A DNA stretch of 24,000 nucleotides from an uncultured archaeon (GTDB taxonomy: Archaea; Asgardarchaeota; Heimdallarchaeia; Heimdallarchaeales; Kariarchaeaceae): assembly GCA_964600735.1 (NCBI GenBank), contig CAZRLL010000002.1, forward strand, positions 1-24,000, in the 5' to 3' direction. Shown here in pieces: positions 22,603-24,000 of this stretch. The translations under genes were made by a program, and so were the position numbers. Position 1 is the first letter of the stretch, and every line of letters starts with the position of its first letter. Below the pieces are notes generated by a model. It was not told the origin of the DNA and searched no databases. It saw nothing but the letters and a program-made list of their open reading frames with translations.

Positions 22603-23355
22603 TTAATTGTTTGATATTACACGTCGAACAATATTTTTTAGCGCGTCTATTCGTTTTGTAAATAATTCTCCAACTTCTTCATGTGATATTGATTCTTGTA
22701 ATCCAGCCGCAAAATTTGTTACAACAGCGATTGTGGCATACGGGATTTCGAGTTCTTTGGCTAGAAACACTTCAGGTGCTGTAGTCATACCAACAAAGTC
22801 ACCACCAAGAATAGAATAAGCTTTTATTTCCGCCGGTGTTTCAAATCTGGGGCCATTACAGACTACAATTGTACCTTTAGGAATAATTTCTTCATTCGTT
22901 GGGCTGCTTGAATGAATTATCTCCTCTCGCACAATTTTATTAAAGGGGTTGGTAACATCTGTATGCACAACTCCTGTAAGTGTTTTTCCTGTTCGAGTAC
23001 TAACAGTTAATTCACCTCCATCGAAAAACGTTGTTTTACGGTCAGATGTAAAATCTATTATTTGGTCCGGAATCGCAAATGAGCCAGGTGGGATTTCTAG
23101 CTGTAAACTTCCAACAGCATTGGTTGCGATTATTTTTGCTAAGTTCAATTTATGTGCAGCGAAAATATTTGCCCGATAATTGATATTACTAGGTAAAATT
23201 GAATGATTTTTACCATGTCTAGGTATGAAATATACTTTTTTCCCCTTCACGACACCGAATTCAAATACTACTTCACCAAATGGAGTTTCAATGGTAATTA
23301 CTTCTGGATTTTCTAGAAAATTGTAAAAACCAGATCCTCCAATAATTCCTATAAT
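22603..23355 (-). CDS. mtnP: 5'-methylthioadenosine / purine nucleoside phosphorylase (MTAP family); 5' end anomalous
   Basis: FIPRHGKNHSILPSNINYRANIFAAHKLNLAKIIATNAVGSL and ...VCNGPRFETPAEIKAYSILGGDFVGMTTAPEV are MTAP/PNP signatures. The ORF track starts at GTG 23250. The same frame stays open to 23361 and encodes the conserved phosphate-loop N-terminus, (Y)EIIGIIGGSGFYNFLENPEVITIETPFGEVVFEFGVV. There is no ATG, GTG or TTG in frame upstream of that motif (see findings). Confidence 0.85.
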   Translation of the reverse strand: MIGIIGGSGFYNFLENPEVITIETPFGEVVFEFGVVKGKKVYFIPRHGKNHSILPSNINYRANIFAAHKLNLAKIIATNAVGSLQLEIPPGSFAIPDQIIDFTSDRKTTFFDGGELTVSTRTGKTLTGVVHTDVTNPFNKIVREEIIHSSSPTNEEIIPKGTIVVCNGPRFETPAEIKAYSILGGDFVGMTTAPEVFLAKELEIPYATIAVVTNFAAGLQESISHEEVGELFTKRIDALKNIVRRVISNN

Positions 23356-23459
23356 TTCATATCACCCGATTCTTTCTCATTAAATTAGGTCAATATTCCA
23401 ATTTTTATAAATTATTATTATCCTAAGTTAGATAGAGAAATTTATCATTTTAATATCAG

Positions 23460-24000
23460 TCAGATTTTTCCAACTGAACTGTGCTTTTCAATAAATTTAA
23501 TCATTTTTTCTTTGTAAGAATCAATTACTATGGGTGTGAAATAAGAAAAATGATCTCCTGATACATTTAGAATACTTAATAGACCATCAACATCAATAGA
23601 ATTTCGTTGCCATGCTTGATCATTCTCTGTTAAAATAAATAATGAAGGTACTACAATTTTTTTTAAAGGAATTTTAATCATATCAGAATCATCTGCAAAC
23701 CATGAATTAATCATATCCAACATTACTTCCCAATTAGGTCCATGATCCCTTTTGATATTTCGTAACAATTTAGATTGTTTATAGGTATTAACTGAGAAAA
23801 ACCACCTAATTTTTCTTAGATTAGACTCATCAAATGTTGTACCACAACCCATGTAGATCGCGAAATGAAAAGGTGGCTCTTTAATTCTCATAGCAAACAG
23901 ACCACTTAGAGAAAATCCAATGAACCCTACCTTTGTAATTTGATTTTTCTTTCTCACTCTTTTTAGAGCATTGTTCATAGTGTCTATCAGGTCATGAAAT
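23460..24000 (-). CDS. Alpha/beta-hydrolase-fold protein (partial; 5' end lies beyond the window)
   Basis: The nucleophile-elbow motif is GFIGFSLSGLFA (G-x-S-x-G). The frame remains open upstream of the listed Met (..FHDLIDTMNNAL..) to the window edge, so the gene is truncated by the window. Confidence 0.55.
   Translation of the reverse strand, partial: FHDLIDTMNNALKRVRKKNQITKVGFIGFSLSGLFAMRIKEPPFHFAIYMGCGTTFDESNLRKIRWFFSVNTYKQSKLLRNIKRDHGPNWEVMLDMINSWFADDSDMIKIPLKKIVVPSLFILTENDQAWQRNSIDVDGLLSILNVSGDHFSYFTPIVIDSYKEKMIKFIEKHSSVGKI

Noticed and set aside
22607-23179. Plus-strand ORFs 22607-22819 and 22949-23179 opposite the MTAP gene; likewise 592-774, 826-1017, 2914-3165, 5950-6132, 13476-13667 and 18437-18634
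   Set aside because: All overlap better-supported genes in antisense or alternative frames, and none carries a recognisable motif.
1-24000. CRISPR arrays, transposases or integrases, rRNA genes, prophage modules, large direct or inverted repeats
   Set aside because: I saw none on reading both strands. The only repetitive stretches are short homopolymer or low-complexity A/T runs and the lysine/glutamate-coding AAAGAAAAAGAAAAAG tract inside the Vps25-like gene (~11318-11340).

Overview
This is a strongly AT-rich, gene-dense archaeal chromosomal segment. It has overlapping or tightly spaced genes, Shine-Dalgarno-like GGTGA/GGAGG motifs, intron-containing tRNAs and archaeal information-processing genes (TFS, TFE-alpha, PCNA, GINS51, eS27). 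The main feature is a compact locus (~8.57-14.19 kb) encoding a complete eukaryote-type ESCRT machinery. It comprises two ESCRT-III paralogues (Vps20/32/60-like and Vps2/24/46-like), Vps4, a Vps25-like protein, a Vps22/36-like EAP30 protein, a Vps28-like protein, and a Vps23/Tsg101-like protein with a UEV domain, coiled coil and steadiness box. ESCRT-I and ESCRT-II components outside eukaryotes are known only from Asgard archaea, so the window most likely comes from an Asgard (Loki-like, low-GC) genome. That makes the system remarkable, but probably not unknown as a class. Other eukaryote-flavoured or unusual genes surround it:
- an EF-2 paralogue lacking the diphthamide histidine
- a translationally coupled Nop2/NSUN-like m5C methyltransferase and Nip7-like PUA protein
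- a thioredoxin plus tandem V4R (Bet3/TRAPP-related) fusion
- a Roadblock/LC7 protein
- a secreted PLD plus lamin-tail-domain protein
- DegV
- an MTAP gene with no usable in-frame start codon
- a KaiC/RecA-like Walker-A gene fragment
- three tRNAs, two of them with introns, one at a non-canonical position

I saw no rRNA, CRISPR array, transposase or integrase. All family assignments come from motif recognition by eye and need HMM or structure-based confirmation.
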